DNA of 64,000 nt from Octopus bimaculoides (taxonomy: Eukaryota), in the NCBI RefSeq assembly GCF_001194135.2, contig NC_068984.1, forward strand, positions 38,341,003 to 38,405,002, in the 5' to 3' direction. This document shows positions 12,259-25,512 of this stretch, one piece after another. The stretch's first letter is position 1. Every line of letters starts with the position of its first letter. The notes under the pieces are model-generated. The model saw only the letters and a program-made list of their open reading frames with translations. It was not told where the DNA came from and searched no databases. The position numbers were made by a program, and so were the translations under genes.

Positions 12259-14489
12259 GTAAGTATTCACTTTATTTAAGTACAATGATAGTTAAATTAG
12301 GGTTTCTTCTTGAAGGTTTGATGTTTAGTTGTTCTGACTTCAAATCCTGTCTGCCTTCCATTGATATTATGAAATACATCCCTGCTACACACACATGCAC
12401 ATGTATATTATGCTTCTATAATTTCTCACAAAATTTTTAATCTCAGAAAGAGTTAAGGCTTGCTCCTAAAATATATTTTCTTGTAGTTCTTTAGAAAATT
12501 TAAAAGGAAAAAAAATGTTGAGGATTTTAGTAAGTTCATCAGTCCATCCATTCTCGCGGGTGAAATAAGCATGCATGCTTTCACTCGTTTGTGCAAATTC
12601 GTTTACATAAACACATTATGTGAAATCTACAGTTAAGAAAAGTTTATTTTGAAGAAGCTGATAATGATCACTATCATTGTTTTAATGTCTATTTTTCAAT
12701 GCTTACATAGGTCACATGAAACTGTTGATGCAGAGAGTTTTAAGGCTCAATGTTTTTTCTGATACCAATCCTCATGTGTTTTCAAGCTAGGATAGCTATT
12801 ATTTATTAGGAACAGGTTATGGATTTTGTGTAGTGTATACTTTAAATAGTGAGAGGATAGAGATAATTTGCTAAGACAGTTTATCTGGAAGAATGTAAAA
12901 GAGATTAGAAACATTGCATTGTTAGAGACATATTGAAATGTAAGATTAGTTAACCCCTAAGTTTTATAACAATGTTACCAATACCAGAATGATGTAGAAG
13001 ATACCACTTTTACATGCATTTTGATTGAACAGGTTTGTTATTGGGAGTGGAGTAGAACAAGGTTTTCTGTAGCTAGGTAAAATTAATAGTATTCAGCAAA
13101 CTGGTTCTACTCCTTTATCAAATTGAATAGAATGAAGTAAATTTCCTTGACCCATTTTTCCATACTGGCATGGGTTAGATGGTTTGGTTGGAGATGATAA
13201 GCCAGAGAGCTGCACAAGATTCTAGTCTGTTTTGGCTTGGTTTCTATGGCTGCACACCCTTCCTAACACCAACCACTCCACAGTGTGTACTGGGTTCCTT
13301 TTACATGTCACCAGCATGGGTGCCATTTGTGTCTCCGGCACAGGTGCCATTCACGTGTCAGAATCAAATAATCAGATCCAACATATAAAACATTCTTTTT
13401 TTTTCTTCTTATTTTGCTACATACAAGGCCATATTTTTTACAGGAGAGGGTTAGTTGTGTGTGTGTCTGTGTATGTATCTGTATATGTGTGTATTACTAG
13501 AACTTGTTTTATTGACTCTGGTGAAGTTGAAACCAAAGTTGGCCTTAATGACATTTGAACTCAGAATGTAGAGCAATAAAACTAAATACTATAAATGATT
13601 TAGGTTCAATGTTTTGCCTGTTCACTACTTCATCATCTATTAAATTTTATGCCAGTGGTTTACATGCCACCCAAGTCTGTTTGCATCATTTTTGAGTCAC
13701 CTTTTCCTCTTCCTTATTCATTTTAATGAATGTATCTAAAACTCTCTCTCTCTATCTCTAAACAGAACTGAATGTATTTATGGCAACTTATAAGGATAAT
13801 CTATTTGTGTATCAAAAGTAAAAGGAAAATAACTTAAGGAAAATGTCATATCATTAATTATATAATTTAATGCAACTTAGTGTAATAACCTCATTAATTC
13901 TAAATGTTTACAACTATTAGCATTGAGCTTCCTTTTTCTATGACTTGGCTCTCTTTTTTAGCACAACAAAATAAATGCTTGAATCTCAGTTGTATACATG
14001 CCATTTATATTACAGAGATCTGATGAAACAAGTTTAATTATTGTTTAATTACTTTGTGTTTAAATAATATAAATTGAGGTGGGGGTGGAATAATAGATGT
14101 TCTGGCACCCTTAATTAAAAACAAATATCAATCATAAATAATCACATCCACAGGATAGCTGCAAACATCATGAGGTGTTTTGTGTTGTGTTTATATGATT
14201 GTATTATTGGATCCATTCAAATGTATAAAAAAAATACACAAAAGAAAAAAAAAAAGAAAAAAAACCCAGTTTGCAGAGATGAAATACTAGTACGCCTATC
14301 ATGTGAGCATTTGAATAAAGAATCACAAGTTAGATCGAAGAGTACTCTTAAATGAAACAAGGGAACCCTCCCACCTAAAAACACAACCATTTTATAAGAT
14401 TGAAGGGAGATCAAGAATAAAGACTAATTGAAGCTGTCCTAAAAACTGGAAGTGATTATCTGATACAATATATCACAATTAGTAACAGT

Positions 14490-14740
14490 AACACTAGCGC
14501 CACTGTTGTTGTTACTACTATCACTACTACTGCAGTTGCTGCTGCTGCTTTTACTATTACTACTGCTGCTGCTGCAGGTGCTGTTGTTGCTGGTGCTGTT
14601 GTTGCTACAGCTACTGCAGCTGCTGGTGGTACTACTACCACTATTGCTACAGCTTCTGCACTTGCTGCTGCTGCTACTACTACTACTACTACCACCACTA
14701 TTACTACTACTACTGTCATAGAAGTTACAGCTGCCATAAC
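14490..14740. repeat. Compound trinucleotide microsatellite (ACT/GCT/GTT mosaic)
   Basis: Period-3 low-complexity tract inside an amphiphysin intron. Confidence 0.85.
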
Positions 14741-15439
14741 TATGACAATGACATAATGTTACACAAGCAGATCAATCATTCATTGTATTCTGTAAAATCA
14801 ATCAGGAGTTGCTACTATACAAATTCAGTGATCAAAACTTAATGGAAAACGATGTCTGTATACATCTACACACACAAACACACACAATCATCATCTACTT
14901 CATCATCACCATTGTTTTAATATTCACTTTTCCATGCTTGTGTGGGTTGGATAGAATTCACTGTGACAGATTTTCTACAGTTGGATGCCCTTTCTGTTAC
15001 CAACCCTTACCTGTTTCCAAACAAGGTAGTATTTCTCCATGACTAGATATGTTTTCATGGAATGCTATTTTTATTTATCATAATCACTCACATGACATTG
15101 GTTAACTCAGAGGAAAGAGTAGAAGACACTTGCTCAAGGTGCTATGCAGTTGGTCTGAATGCAAAACTATCTGGCATCTGGATGTGAAGCAAAAATCTTA
15201 ACTGTATCTGCTTCTGATTCATATTTGAATTTTTTCCATGGCATAAAATGTCAGAACATGCCAACAGATATTGTTTAAACCATTTAGCATATAGTCATAG
15301 TTGATGATATGGCTTGTAGTAAGCCTTGTTCGGTATGTGGCATTGATAAGTCAAAAGAATGATGAAACATTGATGTCTGTCACTCTATGAAATGACCTGA
15401 TGTGAGTTGTCTTGCTTGATTGTGACTTACTTTCAGGCA

Positions 15440-15785
15440 TTTTTTACACTAGGTGCAAGGATTTTTGTGGATGGAGTTCTGATTTTAGAGTTGGCAGTGC
15501 TCTCTTATTACATAATAACTATTGTCTTTTTCATCTTCTGTTGTGATGCAAAGTGCATTTTTCATCACTTGTAACAATGCACTGCAGAAACGACAGGTTG
15601 TTATTCCTGGTTATAAAACTGCTTGGTGGAGCATTGTGTTTTGTTCTCGAACCTAAGCTCAAGCATTTCATAAGTTTTTGTAGCATTTTGTCCCAGTTTA
15701 ACAAAACTTTATTGCATAGTGAGCTTCCAAATGTCCCCACCGCATTCTGAAAACTATTTAACTGTGACAAACATTGTTTAATAGG
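15440..15785 (-). mobile_element. Tc1/mariner transposase remnant
   Basis: ORF 15531-15770 (-) ends RNNNLSFLQCIVTSDEKCTLHHNRR, resembling the mariner FL.RIVTGDEKW..Y.N first-Asp motif. Confidence 0.65.
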
Positions 15786-16376
15786 GTGTATTCAAAATGC
15801 TATTACAGCCATATCCTTCTGTCTAGAATAATAGAAGTCGGTAGGTCAGCTTATTATATGTATAGTAATGATATACTAAAATTACAATAACCAAGGACAG
15901 TTATAACTGCCTCTCCTAAAAAACAGCCTCAAAACTTCTGGAATGCTCCTTGTACACTAGCACCAGTCTGTGAGAGGTGACTTGGACCATGACTATTTGT
16001 GTAATCCTATCAGCTTGGAAAGCAAACATAAAATGAAGATGATGATGTATAGTGTAAGTGAATTGACAAATCTGTTGAGCATTAATGGCATCAGTTGAAA
16101 TGGAGAAGATAATATATTTTGGTGGTATGGATATGTAATGTGTATGATTATGTTATCTGCTGGGTGAAAATGTACCTTGGGCTGACAGTGAAAAATACAT
16201 CAAAAGGAAGAATTGAAGTTATCTCAGAGTTGTGTCACTACAAATGAGACCATAGGGTCAAGAAGAATACTGTTATTCTGTGCAGCATGCCAAATATTAA
16301 ATTCGTAAGTAGAAGTTAAAACAGTAATGATGATGATGATAGATGAGGTATTTATATTTTTAATTTCTTGTTTCAG

Positions 16377-16472
16377 TCTTTTGAATTGCACTGGATGGAT
16401 TACGTAAGTTCTTTAAATGACCATGTCCAAGAGCCAATTATAATACATTTGAATAAATTTCCAGAGTTAAGA
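16377..16472 (+). CDS. Amph: Amphiphysin-like exon (BAR)
   Basis: ttgtttcag / gtaagt; SFELHWMDYVSSLNDHVQEPIIIHLNKFPELR; phase 0-0. Confidence 0.9.
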
Positions 16473-17314
16473 GTAAGTTAAATTTTCAAAATTATGTTTA
16501 ATTCTTTGTCTTTCCCAAGTATGACATCCATAATATATGATACACATTCCTAATTTTTTCAAGTAATTTGGGACCTGTGAAAGAAAATCTTTATGCTGTT
16601 CAGAATATATAAAACAAGGGTTAACTAAAAGTTTGAAAACAAGCATAGACGTTCAGAATGAACTCATGAAAATACTTTGGACAGGCAAAGCATTAAAATG
16701 CCACAAAGTCAGTTGTGATTTATTCATTTCTCTGTATGGTACTCTACCACTAGTTTATACAAAGTACCAGCTTGTATGATGATGAGTTATATTAAAATTA
16801 ATGTAATTTTGTTTTTGTTACAACTCATAATTGAAGATTGCTATATGATAAAATTCCTAGATAGGAATTCTACAGTTGGGGACTCATATTGTTATTTCTT
16901 TTTTAAAAAAGCAATTCATTTCAAGGCTGGAAAAGTATTCATTTCATTGTTTTTAAAAATAAGTTTATTGCTGCTTTATTCTAATTACTATATTGTTAGT
17001 ATAATGAAGTAATGAGGCCAGTTACATGTTAAATACCTCATTTTTATTCGGAAACAATGCATATACACTGATTTGTAAAAAAAATTTTGTATTGCGTTTT
17101 ATGAATAATAGCATTGTTGGTTATGCATTTCCAATAGGTCAGTTACTTATTCACTGCATTTATAATGGCATTTGTGTAGTTTGGCAAATCAAATATCACA
17201 TGGGAGTTTTGCTTCAAAAAACTAAGTCTTTTTTTTTTTTGTGGTGGTGGAGAAGAAGGGTTTCCTTGTTGATATTTACATTTCTCTCAATATTCACCAT
17301 CAAAAGACACACAT

Positions 17315-17536
17315 AATCATCATCATTTAAAGTCCACTTTTCCAAGCTTGCATGAGTCGGAGGGAGTTTATTTAAGGTAAATTTTCTTAGTCGTCAACCC
17401 TCACTGCTTTCCAAGTAAGTTGATATTTCCCCATGCCTAGACACATTTTCTACGGAAAACTAGAAACAAACAAACATGGCTTTTATGACAGTGAGGCTCA
17501 TCTACAACCATCTCATGCTGTCAAAACAAGGTTACA

Positions 17537-17571
<35 letters not shown>

Positions 17572-17712
17572 GACAAGCTTCTTTCAGTTTCCATCCACCA
17601 AATCTACTCATAATGTTTTGGTCAGCTTGGGCTATAGTAGAAGACACTTGGCCAAAGTGCTATGGCATGGGACTGAACCTGAGACCACATAGCTGGGAAG
17701 CAAGCTTCTCAA
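17315..17712 (-). mobile_element. tRNA-headed SINE with CORE-like segment, internal (CA)n and RTE-type tail
   Basis: Head ...GAAGCTTGCTTCCCAGC...GGTTCAGTCCC; CTTTGGCCAAGTGTCTTCTACTATAGCCC core; internal microsatellite; tail CATGCAAGCTTGGAAAAGTGGACTTTAAATGATGATG. Confidence 0.75.
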
Positions 17713-18058
17713 CCTCATAACCATGCTTGTGCATACTTATATATACTTATAATGATGGTTTTTTGCACAACTTCATCTTTGAAATTACACTCACAAAGCA
17801 TTGGTTAGTTTGAGACTTTGATAGAAAAATCATTTACTGAAGGTGCAGCTTTGTGGGGTCAAACCCAGAACTAAATGGTTGCAAAGCGAATTTCTTAGCT
17901 GCATAGTCATATCCATGCTTCCTTATTATAGTTTTAATCTAGATATCTCCCCTTTAATTCGAATGTTTGTTTAATCTCCATCACTACATTCATAATAATC
18001 TTCATTGTTATTACCTTTAATGCTATCCTCATCATCATGTATTTTCTACTCCTTTCAG

Positions 18059-18166
18059 GTGAAAATCAATAAAAGAGGAAGAAAGCTTGTTGATTTGGAT
18101 AACACGAGGCATACACTAGAAAACCTGATTGGACAGAAGAAAAGAGATGAAGCAAAAATTGCAAAA
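18059..18166 (+). CDS. Amph: Amphiphysin-like exon (BAR)
   Basis: cctttcag / gtaag; VKINKRGRKLVDLDNTRHTLENLIGQKKRDEAKIAK contains the BAR signature KR.RKLVD.D..RH. Confidence 0.95.
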
Positions 18167-18344
18167 GTAAGAATAACATATTTCATTACTTTTACTAAAA
18201 TTTAGATATTTTATTTTATTACTTTTATTTGTGGTAAGATGACAAATTTATTTTACATCTTTATTTTGCTGGTTTCAGATATTTACTGTATGTTTATGTA
18301 TGCATACTTGGGCATTCATGTGTATAATATTAATTTATATATCA

Positions 18345-19242
18345 TCATCATCACTTATTGTCAGTTGTCCATGCTTGCATGGTTTGGATGGTTTGACAGG
18401 AGCTGGCCAACCAGAGAGCTGCCTTGGTTCCAGTGTCTGTTTTCACATGGGTTCTATGGTTAGATGCCTTTCCTAATGCCAACCATTTTACAAAATGTAC
18501 TGAGTGTCTGTTACATAGCACCAGTAAATCTACTTTTTAAATGGTACTGGCACAGGTGCTTTTTACTTGGCACTGGCACAGGTGCCTTTTATGTGGCACC
18601 AGCACAGGTGCCTTTTATGTGGCACCAGCACAGGTGCCTTTTATGTGGCACCAACACAGGTGCCTTTTATGTGACACCAGCACAGGTGCCTTTTATGTAC
18701 ACCAGCACAGGTGCCTTTTATGTGACACCAGCACAGGTGCCTTTTATGTGACACCAACACAGTTGCTTTCACATGGCACCAACATGAGTGCTGCTATGTG
18801 GCACTGGTACAGGTGCTGCTATGTGGCACTGGCACAGGTGATTTTTACATGGCATTGGGATTGATGCTTTTTATGTGGAACCAGCATAGGTGTTTTCTGT
18901 GTGGCACTGGCATGAGTGCCTTTTATGAGGCGCCAGCATGAATGCTTTTCACATGGCACCGACATGGGTGCTTTTTACTTGGCACCAGCACAAGTGCTTT
19001 TCTGTGTCACCAGTACAGGTGCTTTATCTGTGTCATCAGCATGGGTGCTTCTTACCTGGCACCAGCGTGGGTGCTCTTTCAAGGCATCAGTACAGGTGCT
19101 TTCCACGACACCAACACGGGTGCTTTTATGCAGCACCTAACATGGGTGCCTTTTACATGGCACTCGCATGAGTCCTTTTTACATGACAGTGGCACGTGTT
19201 TTTCATGGCTCCAGCACAAGTGCTTTTTATGTGGCACCAACT
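18345..19242 (-). mobile_element. RTE 3' UTR fragment with expanded minisatellite
   Basis: (CAT)n tail at the left, then a decayed RTE terminal sequence, then the tandem array. Confidence 0.7.
18548..19242. repeat. 26-bp minisatellite (AGCACAGGTGCCTTTTATGTGGCACC)n, roughly 25 copies
   Basis: Near-perfect units at 18597-18760, increasingly degenerate to the right. No unique spacers, so not a CRISPR array. Confidence 0.9.
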
Positions 19243-21659
19243 CATATATGTATAGTTTCAAAAGTACTTACAAAGCCAGAAATGGTCTTATACAGTGCAA
19301 ATGTATGTACTAGATAGTTTGTATCAAACATACGTAGAATGTTACAATAAAACTGACTTTGAATGATGTATGTAGATGTACTGATATGGCTATTTGAAAT
19401 AAGTTAAAATATATCTGTGTGTGGCCTTAAAGTATACAAACATTATTGGATTCTAATTAAATTTTTCATACAAATTCATACATGTATTTCAATAGATTGT
19501 CATGCTTCTACTACAGTGTTTTTTTTTTTCCCCCATTGTTCCTCATACATGAAGGTTGGACTCAAGTGTCAGTCCAACATTATCAACATATAGACACTTC
19601 AGATCTAGATGACAGGCTGTCCATTATTTCTTTGGCAGTCTCTAAAGATAAGTGTTATTCACCTCAGAATAGAGGAACTTCTTAGGTCATCAATATTAAA
19701 TGTTTATAAGTACAGTGTAACTACCAGCTGTGTCACCAATGAGGTTACTTAACAGCAGCAGTTAATTTGTCCTCAAATCATACCTTACTATCTTGAAAAG
19801 GAAGAACATATTGACAAGGTAGTTCTGGTAATACAAAAAGTCATGATCACAGCTGGAGCACTATTGATTTTTGATCGGTTTGGTCAAGGCTGATCTGGGA
19901 CTGAATGACGATAGTAATCAATGCTTCCTCATAGAGCAGTCCAGGTCAACATATTTGGATTGGACAGATCAAATTGGTCTTTTAGATCATAAAATGGTTC
20001 TTTGTTATAAGTAGCTCTTTTTATACTTATTGTTTATGATTTTGTTTTTTGTCACATTTAAGTAAAAACTTTTTGATTGAAAACCATTTTTTCAACACTT
20101 AGAAGCTCCAAAGGGCCTAAATTCTAGTGACAGTATCTATATGACAAAGATGAATAACACTGAGGAAACTTAATATTGATGTTTGATGTCCACTAACTCA
20201 TCATATACAGAGTGAAATTGCTTATTCACAATAATTCAAGTCTTTACATCTACATTTGTATTTCAATATTGGCATAGTTCTTATTGTCTTTTCTAAGTTT
20301 TTCCATTGCTCAGTTTGTATCTGTAGGATTCTGTTCAAATGTCTTCTCACTTTAAAAACAAGTTTCAAAATAGTTTCTGTTTACAAAGGTGTCATGATGC
20401 AACAAAAAATTGAACTATATTCCATTGACATCAGTCTAGAATGTAGGTATATTTTCCAGAAATCTCACTTCAGTATCTGATCCAGCAAATTAGTGAATCA
20501 CTAGTTGCTACACAAGAATATTAAAAGTTCCCTTGACTGAGTGATACTTTTATATCCTGACATCCCGTCTCCCATTGCATAAAATATCTGTTGCAGTAAA
20601 ACTGTGCAGAAATTTCCTGATAGCCCTTTCTCATGGCTAGGTTAACATAGTAATGTGAATAAAACATCTTGACCAGGTATATTATTAAATGTGTTACACT
20701 TAAAGGTATCTGATATTATTTCATAAATGCATGTGTTCATTCTTGTGTTTGTGCATGTGCATAATGTATGTTAGGATATAACATACATTATGCTCGAACA
20801 CAAGATTTGTATGTTAGGATCTGTGATTCTTTATGAATCTTGTTTTTGGAGATACACAAAAAATAGAATATTTATTTTGGTCCCTTTGTTTCCTCTTTGC
20901 TGAAAATGTGTTGCCAGTCTGTCTAGATTGCTCTAAATGAAAAGAAAGAATTTTAAAACTTGTTAATTTTAATTTAGGTATATTTATATCTGCTTGAATC
21001 CATATAGCTGAAAATATCTATCATTTTTACTTCATAAATGTGGAATAATCTCAGGTTATAAAATATTTGCTTGAACATCTTATGCAAATATATCCAAGCT
21101 ATCTAATTTATGATATTATGAAAAACTAGTGCAAAATTAACATTAGCCAACAAGTAAAGAACTAAAATCTGCTTTATGAAAGTAAATATGCTCAACAGAG
21201 CATCCAGCTGTTAAAAAGAAAAAAATCCATTTAGTCCAAGAGACTATATGTGAATATTTAGGTATTCATCCATGTATTAAAATGCTTGGGGAAAGAATGT
21301 GATACGTTTTCTTCCCACCTCAACCTCTTCATTATACACCTGCTATTTATATTTTTATTATTTTTCAGTAGTTTTATTGTAGTTTTACACTTTCACTGAA
21401 CAGCTATGTATTCCTGAATTGGAGAAATATTTTGTTTCAATTTTGTCTTTTTCATTGCACTGAAAGTATTTTATGTGTTTTCGAAGTGCCCAGTCATGAT
21501 ATTGTCTGTATATTGTGCATAAGCATATGTTCTGGAGTTTTGGTTACATATCTGTCTACATGTCTGTTAATCTTTCCCAAGATACCTTATAGGGGTTGTT
21601 TCTGTTTTCAGTTTCCCTATTCTGGTTGTTTGTTTTTTCAGTATTTTTATGAAAATAGA

Positions 21660-22680
21660 AACACAAAGTAAATGGCATACCATCGATGTTTCCAATAAAT
21701 ATTAAAGTTGAAACAAATACTTTGATACATAACTCAGCAAATATTGTAGTGGAAATTTCCTGTTGAAGAAATGAATGGTGGACGAGGGTAGAATCAACAT
21801 ATTGAATATAAGAGAGTTGCATGATGAGGGAAAGTTGGAAAACAATTACAAAAATTGCCCCAAAATACATTAACATAGTATATGAGTAGTTGAGACGAAG
21901 AGTGGTATCAGTTAATGCAAAATTGAAAAGGTATGATTTAAGAAATGAATGGTACAGACAGAATAGACTGTTCCATTCAAATTAGAAAATAATGTTATTT
22001 GATGAACTTGAGAGTAAAAAGAATGACATAATTTTCCTGAATGCAGAAGAAAGTAGAGAATTTTGGAGTGGAATTTGGGATCAATCAGTCAAACAGATCA
22101 ACAATACAAGAATGATTAAGAAAGTTAGAGGAAACAATGGGTGGTGTAGTGAAACAGGAAAATATAGTTATTGGAATATGAAGTTACTTACCAAAAATGA
22201 GGAACAGTTGGCCAATCAAGTAAATGGTAGCTGAATATTTTCTGAAGATGTTTGAATGGAGTTTGGGCTATTAAAGTGCACATGATTAATTTTGAGGGGG
22301 TGGGGGGAAAGGGGTTCAAAGAGAAGATATACAAATGCCAGAAAATGAAAGAATGAAGGACTTAGAGAACGTTACAGGATATAAATATCTGGACATGCTA
22401 GAGGCTAACAGAACCAAAAAGAAGGAAATGAAAGATGGGGTTATAAAAGAGTACAAAAGGAGATTATTCTTTTCTTTTCTACTCTAGGCACAAGGTCCAA
22501 AATTTTGGGGGGAGTAGCCATTTGATTAGATCAACCCTTGTATGCAACTGGTACTTAATTTATCGACCCCAGTATGCAACTGGTACTTAATTTATTGACC
22601 CCGAAAGGATAAAGGCAAAGTTGACCTTACCACCTTACAAAAGGAGAATATTGAAGTTACATAAATTCAAGAACAGTACA
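21660..22680 (+). mobile_element. Dong/R4-clade LINE remnant (internally deleted)
   Basis: Decayed translations KLKRYD...YRQNRLF.SN...LFDELE...AEESREFWSGIWD and EFGL.KC...GYKYL.MLEA...KEMK....KEY.RR resemble R4/Dong proteins. Confidence 0.6.
22469..22635 (-). mobile_element. 5'-truncated SINE inserted in the Dong/R4 remnant
   Basis: SINE core and tail, with a ~32-bp internal tandem duplication; 17-bp TSD TACAAAAGGAGA(T/A)TATT at 22452-22468 and 22636-22652. Confidence 0.8.
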
Positions 22681-23881
22681 CTCTGTTAAGTGGTTGGTAT
22701 TAGAAAGGGCATCCAGCTGTAGAAACCATACCAAAGCAGGCATTGGTTAGATCCTGTCAAACCACTCAACCCATGCCAATATGGAAGATGGATGTCAGAA
22801 AGTTGATGATGATGATGATAAATATATATTTACTTCGCTATTAAATATTTTGCGAGATATAACTCTGAGAAAATCCACGAGACTAGCAACCAAAGAGAGT
22901 CACAATTTTGACCTACTTTTTAGTGTTCTCTTTAACCGTTTAGTCAGAGAGTGAAGGGAGCATCCAAATGCCTTTATTTTTTGTTTTGTTTTTCTTTGGA
23001 GGTGTCCTAGACAGGAAGAGTGAAAGTTATCTCAAACTGGAAACTTGGTCTGAATGCTTGAAACAGTAAAATCTGGTCAAGGGACTCAAGGACACATGGC
23101 AGTGTTGAAGCAAGTGATAAATTAAATCTACTAACCAAGAATTGAGAGTGCAAAATACCAAAACAATTACCACAACATTTTTTTTATGCTCTAACAATTC
23201 TGTCAATTCCCCGCCTTAGTCTTATTGAGTTTCACTGCTGTCAGATACCTAATTATGACTTCTAAATTATACATGATAAATGTTAAATATATATTCTCAT
23301 TCTTTTATAGGCTTCAGTCTTTTCACTGCAGCCATGGGCTTTAGTCAATCATATTAACTCTAGCATTTTAATCTGGTGCTTATTTTATCAATCTGTACAT
23401 ATAGAATGGCTAGGTTATGTCTTTGATGTAGATGGATGCAACATGGCATGAATAAACACACACACAAGTTTCTGCAGTTTCCATCTACCAAATTCTATTC
23501 ACAAAACTTCAGTCAACCTCAGGCTACATGGGAAGGTGTTTTCTCAAGGTTTTACATAGTGGGATTGAACCCAGAAACTTCTTGCTTACTTGTCTATGCT
23601 TATGCATTGTTTTGAAATAATCTATATAAACCTATGGTGGTATATTATATAATTTTTCTCTGTTACAAAGTGTACACCAGTGGTTGATTGATTATGGAAT
23701 ACTGACAGCTGTATAAACTGTCTAACTAAAGATATGTGGTTCTGACTACATTAAAGGTGAATGAAATGTAAATTAGGTCAAAATAGCAGTCCTGTAGTTA
23801 TCAGATCAATAATTTCTCACTGAGTGTTCTAACAAAGAGCAAGATAATACATGCTTGCATACATACACACATACATACATC

Positions 23882-23914
<33 letters not shown>

Positions 23915-24469
23915 TATGTGTGTAATTATGAATAATTTTAATTGAAGAACTCTATGCATGGAGAGTAATAAACATATGTACACTCAGCAAATTTTTTGTC
24001 ATCATCATCATCCTCATTGTTTTAGATTTGCTTTCCATGCCGATGTGAGTTAGATGGGTTGTCATAGTCCAAGTTGTTATTCAGAGTTACTGCTGTCCTT
24101 GTTGGGCTGGAAGACCACTTCTCACTTGTATATTTTCTCCTAGGTATCATTTCTATGGCTGCATGTTGTTCATAACACCCTAACCCTAATCCTAATCACT
24201 TTAAAAACTGTATTGAATGCATTTTTGTTATGGTACCAGCAGGAGTGAACATCTCTTGCTTTATACACACACACACACACATACACACACACACACGATG
24301 AGCTTCCATACAGTTTCCATCTAGTGATTCCACTCACAAAGTATTGGTTGATCTTAGGGTACAGTTGAAGACACTTGCACAAAGTCCCACACAGCGATAT
24401 TGAACTTGAAAGCACAAGGCAGCCAGCCTTGTCTGCACCTTATAGAAGATTGTATGATGCCTGTGTGCA

Positions 24470-25512
24470 AACAACCATGCTATACGGCAGTGAAACATGG
24501 GCTGCGACTGCTGAGGACAGCCATGTTACACGGTAACAAAATATGGGCTGTGACCACAGAGGATATGCATAGGCTTGAAAGAAATGAAGCTAGTGTGCTT
24601 CACTGGATGTGCAATGTCAGTGTGCATGTTCGACAGTGCAAGCATCTTGAGAGAAAAGTTGGGTATAAGAGTCATCAGATGTGGTGTGCAAGCGAGACAA
24701 CTGTGCTGGTATGGTCATGTGATGCGTATGGTTGGGGACAGCTGTGTGAAGAAGTGCCGATCTCTAACCATGGAGGGAACCTGTGGAAGAGGATGACATG
24801 AGACAAGGTAGTAAAGCTCGATCTTTGAACATTGGGCCTCATGGAGGCAATGACAAGTGACCAAGACCTTTGGCGATATGCTGTACTTGAGAAGACCCAC
24901 CAAGTGAAATTGTAGTCCTGGCTGATACCGGTGTCATGTAACTGGCACCTATGCCAGTGACACATAAAAACATCCTTTAAATGTTGGGCCTCATGGTGGT
25001 AGTGATAAGTGACTGAGGCCTTTGGCAATATACCATGCTTGAAAGGCAGCGAGGTGGCAGAAACGTTAGCATGCCAGGTGAACTGCTTCTTGGTATTTCG
25101 TTTGTCTTTACATTCTGAGTTCAAATTCTGCTGAGGTTGTCTTTGCCTTTCATCCTTTCGGGGTCGATAAATTAAGTACCAGTGGCATACTGGGGTCGAA
25201 TTAATTAACTGCCCCACTCTCCCAAAATTTCAGGCCTTGTGTCTAGAGTAGAAAAGAATATACCATGCTTGAGAAGACTTGTCAAGTCAAGTGAAATCAT
25301 AGTCGTGGCTGATGCAAGTGTTACATAACTGGTACCCATGCTAGTGGCACATAAAAAGCACCCACCACACTCTTGGAGTGGTTGATATTAGGAAGGGCAT
25401 CCAGCCATAGAAACCATGCCATATAAGATTGGAGCCTGGTACAGTTTACCAGTTTTCAGTCAAACCGTCCAACTCGTGTCAGCATGGAAAACGGATGTTA
25501 AATGATGATGAA
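24470..25512 (+). mobile_element. RTE LINE 3' fragment (RT C-terminus plus 3' UTR), SINE-interrupted
   Basis: AMLHG.K.WA...MHRLERNEASVLHWMCNV; RQLCWYGHVMRM...GTCGRG; 3' UTR and GATGATG tail. Confidence 0.85.
25043..25256 (+). mobile_element. Full-length tRNA-headed SINE with perfect 16-bp TSD
   Basis: A box TGGCAGAAACGTTAG; B box GAGTTCAAATTC; core TTTGCCTTTCATCCTTTCGGGGTCGATAAATTAAGTACCAG; TSD AATATACCATGCTTGA at 25027-25042 and 25257-25272. Confidence 0.9.

Noticed and set aside
14456-14737. Poly-Leu, poly-Val/Ala and poly-Thr/Ala ORFs
   Set aside because: Translations of a compound trinucleotide microsatellite in an intron; no splice-compatible boundaries.
16404-16409. In-frame internal GTAAGT donor in a BAR exon
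   Set aside because: Its use would delete 23 aa of a BAR helix; no transcript evidence.
18548-19242. CRISPR-like array
   Set aside because: Palindromic units are directly tandem with no unique spacers; eukaryotic context; derived from the RTE 3' UTR.
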